Shown in pieces: positions 13,479 to 26,799 of a DNA stretch of 64,000 nt. Source of the DNA: Lama guanicoe (Eukaryota). Location of the stretch: the NCBI GenBank assembly GCA_013239625.1, contig MU053810.1, positions 2,925,518-2,989,517 of the forward strand. Direction: 5' to 3'. The notes beneath the pieces are model-generated. The model was given only the letters and a program-made list of their open reading frames with translations. It was not told the origin of the DNA and did no database searches. The translations under genes and the position numbers were made by a program. The stretch's first letter is position 1. Each line of letters starts with the position of its first letter.

Positions 13479-14938
13479 CTTTTCATCAAATGGTGCCAGA
13501 AAAAACTGGATATCTGCATGCAAAAGGATGAAACTGGACACTTACATGACATCATATATAAAAATTAACTCAAAATGGGATCAAAGGCTTAAAGGTAAAA
13601 GCTAAAATTATAAAACTTTTAGAAGAAAGCACAGGGGAAAAACTTCATGACATGAGATTTGGCAATTACTTCTTGGACATGACACCAAAAACACAGGCAA
13701 CAAAAGAAAAAAAAAGAAATACGGACTTCATCAAAATTAAAAACTTTTGTGCATCAAAGGACATTATTAAGAGAGTAAAAAGACAACCTATGTTTGCAAA
13801 TCATGTATCTTGATAAGGGATCAATACCCAGGATATATTAAAAGTTCCCAAATTCAAACAACACCCCCCCAAATGGGCAAATGATATGAATAGACATTTC
13901 TCCAAAGAACATATACAGATGGCCAACAACCATATGAAAAGATGTTCAACATCATCAATCATTTAGAGAAAAGCAAATCAAAGCCACAATAGGATAACCA
14001 CTTCTTATTCATTATGCTGACTATTATCAAAAAACAAAATAAATGCTGGTGACTATGGAGAAATTAGAACACTCGTTCATTGCTTGTGGGAATGTAAAAT
14101 GGTGCAGCTACTATGAAAAAGAGTTTGGCAGTTCCTCAAAACGTTAAATATAGAACACCATATGATCCAGCAATTCTACTTCTGGCTATATTCCAAAAGA
14201 ACTGAAAACAGGGGCTCAGACAAATACTTGTTCACCAGTGTCTACAGCAGCATTACAGTTGACCCTTCAACAATGTTGGGGAGGGGGCACAGTTAGGAGC
14301 ATGGACTCTCTGCACAACTGAAAATCCACATATGACTTATACTCAGCCCACATATCTGCATATTCAACCAATCATGGATCATGTAATACTGTAGTATTTA
14401 TTATTTTTAAAAAATCCATGCATAAGTGGACCTCTGCAGTTCAAACCCCTGCTATTCAAGGGTCAACTGAATTTACAACAGCCAAAAGTGGAAACAATTC
14501 AAATTTATTAACAGATGAATCTATACATTCCACAAAATGTGATGTATACATGCAATGGAGTATTATTCAGTCATAAAAAAGAATGTAATTCTAAGACATT
14601 CTACAACATGGATTAATGCTGAAGACTAAGTGAAATAAGGCAGACACAAAAAGATAAATGTTGTATGCTTCCAAGCTCCATGAGGAACTTGGAAAAGGCA
14701 AGTTCTTAGACATAGAAAATAGGTCAGAGGTTACCAGGGCCTGGGGGAAGAGGGAATGGTGAGTCATTTTTTTAATGGATACACGGTTTCTATTGGGGAT
14801 GACGAAAAAGCTCTAGAAATGGATATGGATGATAGTTGTACAACATTGTCAATATACTTAATGCCAATAATCTGTACACTTAAAAATGGTTAAAATGGTA
14901 CATTTTCTGTTATGCATGTTTTGCCACAATTAAAAAAA
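13479..14938 (+). mobile_element. L1MB-like ORF2 3' end and 3'UTR
   Basis: Decayed ORF2 C-terminus (aaatggtgc...aactggata..., tatgatccagcaattc) ending in cacaattaaaaaaaa. Confidence 0.88.
14256..14469 (+). mobile_element. Tigger2/MER8-like MITE nested in L1
   Basis: Terminal inverted repeats cagttgaccctt...aagggtcaactg, preceded by TA. Confidence 0.85.
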
Positions 14939-15214
14939 ACCACAGCATACTGTACTCACATAAATGTACTCATCTAGAGCACTTCTGGAGGCAGAAGAAA
15001 TTTCAGGCACAGTTAACAGTATGAGCAAAGTTAACTGAGGTTAAAAAAAAAACACACCTATATGAGGGAAAAAACTCTGAAATGATGTAGATTAGAAAGT
15101 CAAAAGCAGCTTTCTTTGGGTGTTTTTAAATTTCCTTTTCCTTGGATTTTACATAAAAATTTTAATTAAAAATATTTAAAGAACGATCCCTCATACAGGA
15201 AAGAACAGTGTAAT

Positions 15215-15502
15215 AGAAGACAGGCTGCTTGTAACAGAAACTCAATATACCAAATGGCTTTTAAGATGACAGAGGTCTTAGGGGTGGGAAGGGATAAATT
15301 AGGAGTTTGAGATTTGCAGATACTAACTACTATATATAAAATGACAAACAAGTTTCTATTGTATAGCACAGGGAACTATACCCATTATCTTACAGTAACC
15401 TATAATGAAAAAGAAGATGAAAAGGATGTTTGCACGCATACGCATGACTGAAACATTATGCAGTACACCAGAAACTGACACACTGAAAACTGACTATAGT
15501 TC

Positions 15503-15537
<35 letters not shown>

Positions 15538-15910
15538 ATTTGTTCTAAAAAAAAAAAAAAAAAGACAGAGATTTGTTAAATATCTTGTATAAAAAAAGTG
15601 CAGAAGTGACGTCCAGGGCAGTTACGGTGGCCCCATAGTCACAAGAATCCAGGCCCCTACTATCTTTCTGCTCCTGGTTTCTCAAGGTCACCTCAGATTG
15701 CAAGATGTCTATGCAGCTGCTCCTAACATCTCATCTACATTCCAGTGAGCAGAACGGAGGGAGACACAAGGACAAAAAAGCCCTTTAAGGGCTTCACCAG
15801 AAGCACAACTGTATGTCTTCTGGCTCATTGGCCATCATTATCTGTAAAGAAGACAGGAAAATGTGGGGCTTTTTTTAACTCCAATATCCAATAATACAGG
15901 GGTTCTGCTA
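15215..15910 (-). mobile_element. MLT1J/K-like MaLR LTR interrupted by the L1 above
   Basis: ggctgcttgtaacagaaactc...caagatg...cagctgctcctaacatctcatctacattccag pattern. Confidence 0.55.
15279..15563 (+). mobile_element. Young truncated L1 3' end with bipartite poly(A), inserted in an MLT1-type LTR
   Basis: L1 3'UTR (gtatagcacagggaactata), then A29-GTTATTTGTTCT-A17. gacagag recurs on both flanks. Confidence 0.85.
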
Positions 15911-17699
15911 CTTAAGAACTTAACTTCAGGACCACTCATTTCCTCCAGCAATGTTTTTTCTGACATGTACCTGAGTTTCTGTATCTCTGTCTCCCACCTG
16001 GCATATTTTTCTAACTAAGCTCAAGACACATTTCAGGACTCTGTTCCGTACACCTCCAATAACAGGGCCGTGCACATCACACTGAGGTAATGGAGCTACT
16101 TATTATATTCGAAACCTGTGGGGTCTGATGATTTTAGAAATGTTACTTGCCTGTTTTAGCACCCAGACAAGGATCACGATGGGAATGGTGGCCAGTTAGG
16201 GACAGGGGCTGAATGGTTTACTGTTCCTTTTAATGCCTAGGTAACAGCCTCTTATATGCTGAGAATAACAGGCCTGACAATACTTCTGGATGATTAAGTA
16301 GTAAAAGGTTCTTAGATAACAGAAAAATGGCGTTAAAAATAATAACTTGAGAAGCATAGCTTCTAAAAATATTCAGGAATCAAAGTAGCACCGCAAGTAC
16401 TTGAGGAACTTCCTCCCAAACCCACTCCAAATATGTAGCGATGATAAAATGTAAAGAGAGAAAATTATAAACATATAGCCACGATCAAAACTAGTTAAGC
16501 ATCTCTGTAGACAAAACCAAATGGAAACAAACAGAGCTTAGGCTAAAAGCCTGGACCCCACACCTATAAGTAGGCTGAAGAAATGGGAAGTCTGACTCCC
16601 AGAGTCATGAGGACGAAAAGTGCTCTACAAAAGGCCTGGGATCAGAGCCAGGCTTGATGCTGGAAACCAAGGGTTGCAGTGGGACTCCACCACCTGTGAA
16701 GAAAATGCAAAATGTGAGAAGGCCACTGCCTGAGGCTACGGCTTATAAAACATGTATCTGAGATGTTAAGAGGGCATGGTTTCAGCCCAACAGCTGAAAC
16801 CAGGCCAAGCTATCTGCAGGCTTGGTATCTGGATCTGCAATGGCCTCAATATAACCTCAGGAGGGAGCCCTAAGCTGCCTATATAAGACCTACTGCTTGT
16901 CCTAGCATCAGGGAAAGGAGCGAAAGCCACGGTAAAGCCCTGAGGGAGGGGTGAATAAAAAGGAGGGTGAGAAACACCCACTTAAGATGAATCTGAAAAC
17001 TAGAATTAGCCTAAAATTTTTTTTAATTATGAAAGAGAGATTATTTCCTTCACAGTGTAACCACCTATGTGCAATTCTTCATAAAAATTTCCAAGTCTAA
17101 AACATTTTTAAATCATGATAGGTTTGAAGCAGACACACAACCTACACAACTATACACATGGGTCTTTCTTTAAAAGTCTCTAACAACTTCTGGATACAAT
17201 TTTAATTAAATCAATCAGGTGGTCCATATTATCAAAGCCGGCATACTCCAAATCAACTTATGTTTTCAACGTTCAGAAATTTCCTGTTGCTGACTTTGAT
17301 GAGCCCAGGGAATCATTTACAGTAACCTCAAATCAGGCTTGGTGTAATTCCAAGACAACTGTAACTACGGTGGCTTGGGTCTTCTTCCTGGTGGGCCTGG
17401 TATCTAAAAAGCATGAAACCAAGTAGCTTTCTCAGCTTGCCTGAACTTTTTTAAAAACAGCTTTTTCGAGGTGTAACTGCTATACAAAGAACTGTGGGTT
17501 TTTTTTTTTTTTAATAACTACTGTTGTGGAGAGAATCAACAGGTTAATTATTTCTCTTGTGCATTTTATTTTAAGGCATTTCAGAAAAATAATTTAGAGG
17601 GAATATATATTCAGGGGTACTCCAAAAGACTGTAAATGAAGTTGAAAGTATTTATAAGAATTACGATTTTTGGCTTTACATAAGAATAAAATTTCCACT

Positions 17700-17865
17700 G
17701 AGTACTTTTACCAAAAACTTATCAAGTTGTTTCATAATCTCCCCATTGTTAGACGTATACAAAACAGATTGGACGACCGTCTTCTGCGAGAGCTACAGAA
17801 GAGATTTCTACAAGAGGAAATAGGTTCGATATTGGTGAGGTCTCTTCCAACTACAGGATTCTATA
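17700..17865 (+). mobile_element. L3/CR1 3' end remnant
   Basis: Reverse strand tagaatcctgtagttggaagagacct...gacggtcgtccaatctg matches the L3 terminus. Translation QNRLDDRL resembles the CR1 ORF2 end KQRLDxHL. Confidence 0.65.
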
Positions 17866-18000
17866 TTGGTTCTTTAATTTTCATTTTTGTTTTTTCCCTT
17901 CAGCATAGAAATTTTAACATCTCTGACCCCAGTGCAGTTTCTTTCTTATACTAAGACTACTTAAAACAATAATAGATAGGGATAAGAACCATCAATATTA

Positions 18001-18130
18001 TTTTTTTTTAATTTGGAGGGGGAGGAGGTAATTAGATTTATTCATTTTTATAGGAGGTACTAGGGATTGAACCCAGGACCTCATGCATGCTAAGCATGCG
18101 CTCTACCACTTGAGCTATACCCTTCCCCCA
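18001..18130 (-). mobile_element. Vic-1-type SINE (well preserved)
   Basis: tRNA-Ala(AGC)-like head plus SINE tail. Exact TSD aaccatcaatatta at 17987-18000 and 18131-18144. Confidence 0.9.
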
Positions 18131-18951
18131 AACCATCAATATTAAGATCTACTTCTTTTCCTTACTTGCTTATGAAATTACAAAAGGCAAAGGCAGAAAG
18201 ATTGGCAATTAGTCAGTCCAAAGAAAAGCAGTACTTTTAGAAGCTATACAGAGGTAGCAAAGGCAGCTAGTAAAAAAGGATGACTTTGGAATCCCTGATC
18301 GATATTATAAAGAGACAAAAGACTGGCACACAAATAGAACTGCATCTGGAAACCTCTTTTTAAAATTATTTAATTAAAGATATTACAACAGTCAAAACAA
18401 ATGACAGAGAATATAGTGAACATTTCATAACTAATATATTTGATGGGTGAGTTTCAGAATAAACAAGGAGAATATGCAACCTCAAAATTAAAATTACAAC
18501 ATTGACATTGGTGATTTCTTGGTCAAAGCATCATTAAAGACATAATATATTAAAGTAATAACAATTTAACAATTGTAAAATATGACAGGCCAGTCAGCAA
18601 AAGTAAATGACTAATTTGGATTACGCTGATTACCTGGAAACACCCTCAGCAGACAGATCTATGCACATGGACATTCAGAACCCATTGTCCCTAGAAGAGC
18701 AGCACAGATTATACTAACAGCCTTTACAGGCCAAAGAAAAGAATGGACAAAACATACAGAAAACTAACTAGGAAGATGGTATCTAGCACAACTGGCACAA
18801 TGTAAAAACAAAGAAAAACAACAAAACCACGAGTTAAAATATAAAAACAAAGCCTACAAACTATGTCCCTGACAAAATGGAAACACTAATCAGTGATTTT
18901 ATCCAAAAGACACTGAGATATATCTCTACAACACAAATGTTCACCTTTCAA

Positions 18952-19582
18952 GGCTGTCCAATCCAACGTGGTAGCCATTAGCTGTATTTGAGCACTTGAA
19001 ATGTGTTAGCGTAACTCAGAAACCAAATTTTTCATGAGTCATTTATATTTAAATTTTAAAAACGATATTTGAGTCTGTTACTGGAAAGCTTTTAAATATG
19101 TTCGGAAGAATTTGAGTACATGAATCTACTTGTTAGTTTGAAGAATTTGAGCACGTGAATCTACTTGTCAGCTGCATGTTCTATGAAATCTCAATACAGA
19201 TCAAGTATTTTCAATCAAAATTTACTATCTGAAGTGTGCTAGAAGTATAAATATAAAATACATACCAGATTCTGAAGACTTAGTAAAAAAGCTAAAACGT
19301 GAAATGTCTCATTAATAAATTTTAAAAATGTGATTACATGTTGAAATAATATCTTTGACAAGTGAGATTAAAAATTTATTAAAATTAATTTCACCTGTTT
19401 CTTTTTTACTTTTTAAAATATAGCTTTAAGGAGGAAGGTGTAGCTCAGTGGTAGAGTATATGCTTAGCAAGCTCCAGAACTGCCATTTAAACAAATAAGC
19501 AAAAAAAACCTTTAAATATGGCTTTCAGAAAATTTAAAATTACATATGTGGCTTGTATTATATACCTATTACACAGTGCTGC
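18952..19582 (+). mobile_element. hAT-Charlie1-family non-autonomous element (MER3/MER33/Charlie1b-like)
   Basis: gctgtccaat...gtagccattagc...gagcacttgaaatgtg start and ttacatatgtggct...acagtgctg end. Orientation is tentative. Confidence 0.75.
19428..19510 (+). mobile_element. Internally deleted Vic-1-type SINE nested in a Charlie1-family element
   Basis: ggtgtagctcagtggtagagtatatgcttagc head with the B-box region missing, A-rich tail, imperfect TSD (aaatatagcttt / aaatatggcttt). Confidence 0.75.
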
Positions 19583-20849
19583 TCCAAGAGATCAATGGCT
19601 TTAAAAATTCTGTCACCTGTCAAAAATCTGAAATATGTCAGTCAAGACTTATAAGTAAAATAATACCTTATTTCCTAGTGTCATGAAATATTACTTTAGG
19701 CTACTCAGAATTTTTGTATTTATACATTCCAAAGGCATCTGTATCCTCTTCAGAGGATTATTACAAATCATTAAAGTATTCCTCTGAGTTATCACAAACT
19801 GTGGTAAGGTTTAATGGTCATTCCACCATCTAGAGTAAGTAATCAAACAACTGAAGGATGCTAATTCATCAGACTTCTTGATTCCTTTTATATCTGGATT
19901 CTCTCACCAATGTGTTAAATAATTCCCTCGGTTCTATGAGAGCTAAATGAGGATCTTTAGTATAGGAAAGATTTGATGAGAGTAATAACACGGGACAATT
20001 TTATGTTTCTGTTATGTGTGTATATGTATTACACACACAGGCTTATAAATTTTCCCCTGAAAAGAAAAACATAACTGCATGCCCTCACAGTGCTTTTCCA
20101 ACCTTTTCCATATCATAGTATTTCATAGAAAATTACATTTGTGAGACACACTGGAGTTAACTATTAAGGCCACTCAAGGCAGGGCATCACTGTCTCACAA
20201 TGGCTTACTGCACACCAGCTGGGAAGTTTAGTCTCAAAGGGCCTTGCAAAATGCTGCAAAAAATCTCGGACCAACATTTTATTTTCATCTGACTTGTATT
20301 TTATTCCTACTTATGCCTACTGTTGTGAAAATACAACCCCTCAACATTTTTGACAACAATATACAAAGAAGGCCACAAGATGGAGATATTACTCCATTAC
20401 CACTTACACAATATTTGTATTTATGCATTTGTGTGTGTGCACATCTCTTTCTCTCTGTGTATTTCCTACTTTCTCCTTCAGCAGTTATGCTCAGCTATTG
20501 TCTCTATCTCTAACATTTATACTGGTTTCTCTGCCACTCTGCTTTAACTAGCATTATTACAGAAATATTATATATTCAATACTTTTATGATCCTTGTTTT
20601 TAACATTAAGAACAGGCAGAAAAAGTAAAAGAAAAAATAAAAATTGAAAAGAAAAACAGGTAGATAAATAGAATATTTTCTTCTAGATCAATATTTTCCC
20701 ACCTCTTTAAAATTAAGATAATTTTTACTTACATGCTTTCCTCCTACAGGTAAAAATTCTTTTAAAAATTTGCTACCTGCAAAGTATTAAGTACTCCAAA
20801 AGTTATTTACTGGAATTCATTCTGTTACTTTGCAAGGCTACAGATTTAC

Positions 20850-21195
20850 TTCATGTTGACATCCCTCCAAACTTCCCTGGACTTCTTTGAGAACAGTCCT
20901 CAAATCAGTTTATGGATCTTACTTGAAATTTATTTTCAGTACTCTTTATCAACTCAAAGTGTCCTTACCCAAGCCTGCTAACCCAATTTAGTCACCAAAT
21001 TTAGATCCAAATGACTATTAGCTATATGCAAAAATCACATCCGTCTTAAAGATTCACTATTAAGAGGATACTCTACCAAATACGCTGCAGGCTCTGAAGG
21101 CGATTTAAAATAAGAAGTTTCAACAATGTTTTGAGGCGGCAGCATTACTGAAAACCTGTGAAGCTGTCCACAAAAGCAAACTTCAAGATCTAATT
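20850..21195 (+). mobile_element. Ancient mariner transposase remnant (MARNA-like)
   Basis: tag tca cca aat tta gat cca aat gac tat reads as a decayed YSPDLAPNDF motif, followed by gcaggctctgaaggc...aatgttttgag...gcagcat as in the recalled MARNA consensus. Confidence 0.7.
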
Positions 21196-22489
21196 TACTC
21201 TAAGTTAAACCATATTTAATTCTACAGGTGTGAGACAGAAAGTCACACTAATTACATATAACTACTATAGAACTGCACATCATGGCAACCATTTGAACTT
21301 TATAAAATATGATACGTTTAACTACAAGTAACAACAATTTCCAGCCACCCCACATTATACATATATTATACATACATATACTGACTTCCTTAAATCAAAT
21401 TTAATCACCACTATTAACATAGAGCATTAAAGTCAGAGAAGCACCTAAATACTAATCTTTTATCTGTTAACTAAAAGTGCAGTAACTGAAAATAACTGCT
21501 AATAAGATTTTTTTTTTTTAATTCCCAAAAGTCAGAGGCTTCTTGGTAACTGGTCATGGGATAACTTCCTTAACCTGATCCATTTTAACGGTATAAAGTC
21601 TCTAAGTATTGGCTAGAAATACGAAGTCTCTATCTTCCTCAGTAGGCATGTATATGGACCCTAAGATTTATCTATGGTCTGTTCAGACCATCCTAGTAAA
21701 TGACAACAACAATCTTTCTGGTCTTAACTCATTTTGATTACTGTTCACTATAGATGACACAGTGGGGTCTCACATAGCTTTTAAAAATTGCTGTACCTTC
21801 TATAACCAGGGGTTATATGTGTTCCAGAATTTGTTTAAATGAGAAAATTACTCCGTTTTAGAACTCAAGTGTTTGCACTCAGCGACACTTTAATACTGTT
21901 GCTTATACTATGACATGTGTCCTTTATTAAATTCTTGATCCTAGATTTAATATTTAATTCTGATTCTATTAGCTAACTGTGTAGCTGCACATAGCTTTAT
22001 GCCCACTGCCTCACAGGCACTAACATGGGCATCTGTCTAATAATACAGCATATTGTTCTATGGACACATTCTAACCAGAAATGCAGACTGTGGCATGCCC
22101 TTGCTCTTTCAATATGCCTGACTACACATGAGATTCCTGCTGCTGGATGATGGTAATCAGGAACACTTACTGAATAAGTGAATAAGTCCTAACCTTATTT
22201 AATTTAGTATTAAGGAGGATGAGAATGAGACAAAAATTCTAGGTTAAATTTCTAATTAAGTCCTAATGACATTCTTAGACAAAAATTTCAGTGAATATGT
22301 TAAAAAATAAATATTTAGATCTTAGAATACTACGATATTACTTAAAACAATCATATTTTTACCTTTATTAGTATAGAACTCTTTCACAAATATTTTGATG
22401 AAAATAAAGGTTTTTGAAAATATGTATGACTATAGCGTCATTATAAAATAGTCTAAGGTCCTGCTTCACTTAATCAGAAGTCTCTCTTT

Positions 22490-23855
22490 GAGAATTAAAT
22501 ACGTAGGAATAAGACTGCCTAAGGAGGCAAAAGACCTGTACTCCAAAAACTGTAAGATGCTAATGAAATAAATTGAAGATGACACAAATGGAAAGATATA
22601 TTGCATTCTTGGATTGGAAAAATCAATATTGTTAAAGTGGCCATACTACCCAAGGCAATCTATAGATTCAATGCAATCCCTATCAAAATACCAAAGGCAT
22701 TTTTCACTAGAACAAATAATTTTAAAATTTGTATGGAAATACAAGACCCTGAGTAGCCAAAGCAGTCTTAAGAAAGAAGAACAGAGCTGGAGGAATCACA
22801 CTCCCTGACTTCAGACTATATTACAAAGCTACAGTAATCAAAACAGTATGCTACTGGCAGAAAAACAGATTCACAGATCAATGGTTCAGGATAGAAAGCC
22901 CAGAAATAAACCTATGCACTATGGTCAATTAATCCATAACAAAGGAGGCAAGAATATACAATGGAGAAAAGATAATCTCTTCAACAAATGGTGCTGGGAA
23001 AACTGAACAGCCACATGTAAAAGGGTGAAATTAGAATATCCTCTAACACCAAATACAAAAATAAACTCAAAATGGATTAAAGATGTAAATATAAGAGCAG
23101 ATACTCTAAAACTTCTAGTGGAAAACACAGGCAGAATACTCTTTGACAAAAATCACAGCAGTCCTGTTCTGGATCTGTCTCCTAAAGTATAAAGGAAATA
23201 AAAGCAAAAACAAATGGGACCTAATTAAACTTCAAAACTTTTGCACAGCAATGGAAATCACTGGAAACAAAATGAAAAAATACCCTACTGAATGGGAGAA
23301 AATATTTGCAAATGGTATGACCAATAAGGGATTAAAATCCAACATTTATAAATAGCTCATACATCACAAAACAAACAACCCGATTGAAAAAATGGGCAGA
23401 AGAACTAGTCATTTTTCCAAAGAAGAAATACAGGTGGCCAATAGGCACATGAAAAGATGCTCAACATTGCTAATCATCAGGAAAATGCAAATCAAAATGA
23501 CAAGAAGATATCACTTCACACCTGTCAGAATGGCTACCATCAAAAAGAACACAAATAACAAATGTTGGAGAGGACGTAGAGAAAAGGAAACACTTGTTCA
23601 CTGTTGGTGGGAATGTAAATTAGTGCCGCCACTGTGGAAAACAGTATGGTGGTTTCTCGAAAAAGTGAAAACAGAACTACCATATAACCTGGCAATTCCA
23701 CTCCTGAGTATATATATGAAAAGAAAAACAAAAAGAACTCAAAAATATACATGCACCTCAATGTTCACAGTAACATTATTTGCAATTCCCAAGACATGGA
23801 AACAACCGAAGCACCTGTCAACAGACGACTGGATAAAGAAGACACGGTGTGTGTG

Positions 23856-23892
<37 letters not shown>

Positions 23893-24235
23893 TACTACCA
23901 CAAAAAGAAAATTTTGCCATTTAAAGCAACATGGATGGACTTGGAGGGTATTATGCTAAGTGAAGTAAGTCAAAGAAAAATACCATATGATATCACTTAC
24001 ATGTACAATCTAAAAAATACAACTAGTGAATTTAACAAAAAGTCAGTAGACTCGCATATATAAAGAATAAACTAGTGGTTACCAGTGGGGGAGGGAGCGG
24101 TAGGATGGGGGAGGTACAAACTACCAGGTATAAGATGGGCTCAAGGATGTACTGCACAACATGGGACTATAGCCAGTATTTTATAATAACTATAAATGGT
24201 AAGTAACCTTTAAAGTTGTATAAAAATTTTTAAAA
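22490..24235 (+). mobile_element. 5'-truncated L1 (ORF2 C-terminal part and 3'UTR), frameshifted
   Basis: ORFs at 22614, 23143 and 23392 translate to L1 ORF2 pieces ([12 protein letters not shown]...[16 protein letters not shown]). Internal (CA)n at about 23859-23889. Confidence 0.95.
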
Positions 24236-26799
24236 AGAAGTGAACTAAAGAATTCATGTTTAATGGAACTCCCCTGAATTAAATTGGAAAACTGAGACCT
24301 AAAAAAATAAAGTCTCTCGTTTCATTCCAACTCTTTTCCTTCCATCTCTGCACACCTCTATACAAGAAAGGCTTTGGCGTTATTTTTAATTCTGGGTGGA
24401 ATTAATTGACATCGTTACTGTCCAAATAGACCCAATAATGTCTGACTCAGAAAAAGATTCCCAAGACCATACAGTAGCAGTCTGTGGAGTAAGTATTTCA
24501 TTGACAGAAAACAGAGCTGAGAACAGGCTTAAAATAACAGGCATTTTACCAAACTACCTGTATAGGTGTTACTTACAACTGCCACGTAAGTTCTCTCAGC
24601 AACCATCAAGTCAAATACCTACCCTCACCTCCATTCCCAACACTGAATAGAACATACGATGTTGAAATTCATCACTACACCAATCACTGGGTAAAATGGT
24701 GACTTTCATAAGAAGATTTGAGAATATATCTCTAAGAATAATTGTAATTCTTGTGTAGTCTCTTGGAAAGGAAATTCCAATTTCCCAGTTAAACTTAGGA
24801 TATATCTATGAGTAAGAAAACACAAACTATTCTAGAATTGTTCTCATAATTAGTGTAAAGAAAAAAATGAATAGCATGAAAAGAAAAAAGAACCTTACAA
24901 CTAGAAGAGGAATTCTGTTCCATCAGCTCTAGATTATGTGGCAAAATTTTCCCAACAGACTTGTGTTTTTCACATGAAGTACGTCCAGGCAATCTCCACT
25001 AAACAGTGTATACATAAGAAAAGCAAACCACTTTCACAAAAATCCAATCTGATGCAGATAATGTATACAATTAAATAAGTATTTATTCAGCTCTAACTCT
25101 ATGCATGATATGCTTACATCAGAACTATAAATGAAGGTTATCTACCATTCCAGATTTTGTATCTATCTCTCTCTCTCCAAATTAACAAATCATTTTGGAT
25201 TCTACAATGAAAATGGGGGTGTGGTTATTACATGACATAGATTTACAACGGAATAGACTCACTAAAGAAAAACTGAGCTATATGCAACTAATACCACAAG
25301 CTCAGGGGAATCCACTACAAGAACCACTGGAGATAACCAATACTCACAGCACAGGTTCACCAAGCATTTATGAAAGAGATCTTCCTCTTTATTTCTAGAA
25401 AGTACCATGACGGGGTTTGAGAAGGCACAATTAATGACTTTGTGCTTTTTCCCATCCGTAAAAACTGAACACAGAAGTCAAGCAAATAGAGATCAAATAT
25501 CATCTTTATGGCTGAAAAGCTACTGGAGAATTTAGATTAGGTATGGGAGCCGAATAGGCTTGCTAGCAACTTCTGCTCTCCCATAGCCAGCCTAGACTTT
25601 GAGATAGCACGCTCAAAAGCAAGTCTGGCCAGGATAACTGCCTTACTGGTCTGGGGCAGAGAAGAGAATGAGCCCCAACGCTTATAGCTTTCTGATTGGT
25701 TAGCTTTTCCCAACCGAGCAAAGCAAACCAACGGTAATCACCCTCCCACAAAGATTAATTCTCATCATAAAGTTAACATCCAACATTTTGTAAGCACATG
25801 TCACTTAAAAATTGCTTTTCTTCTATAACTAGGTTTCAGCATTCATTTGAAAGTAAGGATGCAGTTATTAAAAACTTCTTAAAAGAAAGAGGCGCATTTT
25901 TTCTAGCTCTAAATACAGGGATCTGTAATGATTAGCACTGAGAAAACTGACTTCCTCAGAGTGAACACTGCAAAAATTTAAGACAACTTAGGCTGTAACA
26001 ATTTCAATTCACAGATTTTTAAAAGACTACGAAGTATTTATAGATGGCTAGAACACTGTATAAAGTCATGGCCCCAAAAGACAACGAAAAACAAAAAAAC
26101 AGAATTGCCACTGATCCCACAAGAAACACAGGTGTCCCAAGAGCAGGAGCTGTTAAGAGGAAATATAAATACTACTCAGGGACTTCGAATTCAAGTTACT
26201 AATGAAAGATATTTCAGTAACACACCTTTTTCTCCTACATTCCTCTAACCATCTACCCTGTATCCTCTGAAAAGATGCAACATTCTAATTGGAATGTCCT
26301 GTGAATAATTAAAGTCATTCTAAAAATAGGCTGAGCCTCTGGTATGCCACCAGTGTATACAACACCACTAAAAACTTCTGGAATCCCTTCCAAAGCTTCT
26401 AGCACCAATCTGAATTCTAGGAATACATCAAAAGATGTATGTTTGCTGTATGTGAGCAAAAAAGGCCACATATAAACACAACCTATTGAGTAAAATCCGT
26501 CAAGCAATTATTCAGTGAATTACTGTTTAATTTTAGTTACCACTTTTACATTTTTGCATTCAATAAATATTTAAATGTACACTATGAAATACAGAAAGAA
26601 AATACCATTTGTCCTACAAATGAGGGCAACTAACTTGGCAAGGTCTTAAGTCAGTAAGTGGCCTAGTCTAAGTTCTAAACGTCACTGATTATTCCAATTA
26701 CAGAGTTTAGTGAGTGACTGAACAAACTATCTTAGGCCTGCTGGAAAAGGGGATAAAATAGATGCCACATTCTGTCACTAATCATCCTGGCATCCAGTT

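Noticed and set aside
17499..17575. Poly(T) with nearby tttatt suggesting a minus-strand retrocopy 3' end
   Set aside because: No TSD and no recognisable parent mRNA. The flanks are L1-end and L3 fragments.
17670..17954. Protein-like 94-aa ORF and an apparent AG...GTGAGG exon (17753-17834)
   Set aside because: Explained by an L3/CR1 3' end. The RLDDRL motif is the decayed CR1 ORF2 terminus.
18054..18125. tRNA-Ala(AGC)-like sequences (also near 4030, 9690, 19437 and 63560)
   Set aside because: They carry SINE tails and mostly TSDs, with imperfect cloverleaf pairing. They are SINE heads, not tRNA genes.
23392..24063. 223-aa ORF
   Set aside because: Fragment of a frameshifted, 5'-truncated L1 ORF2, not a host gene.
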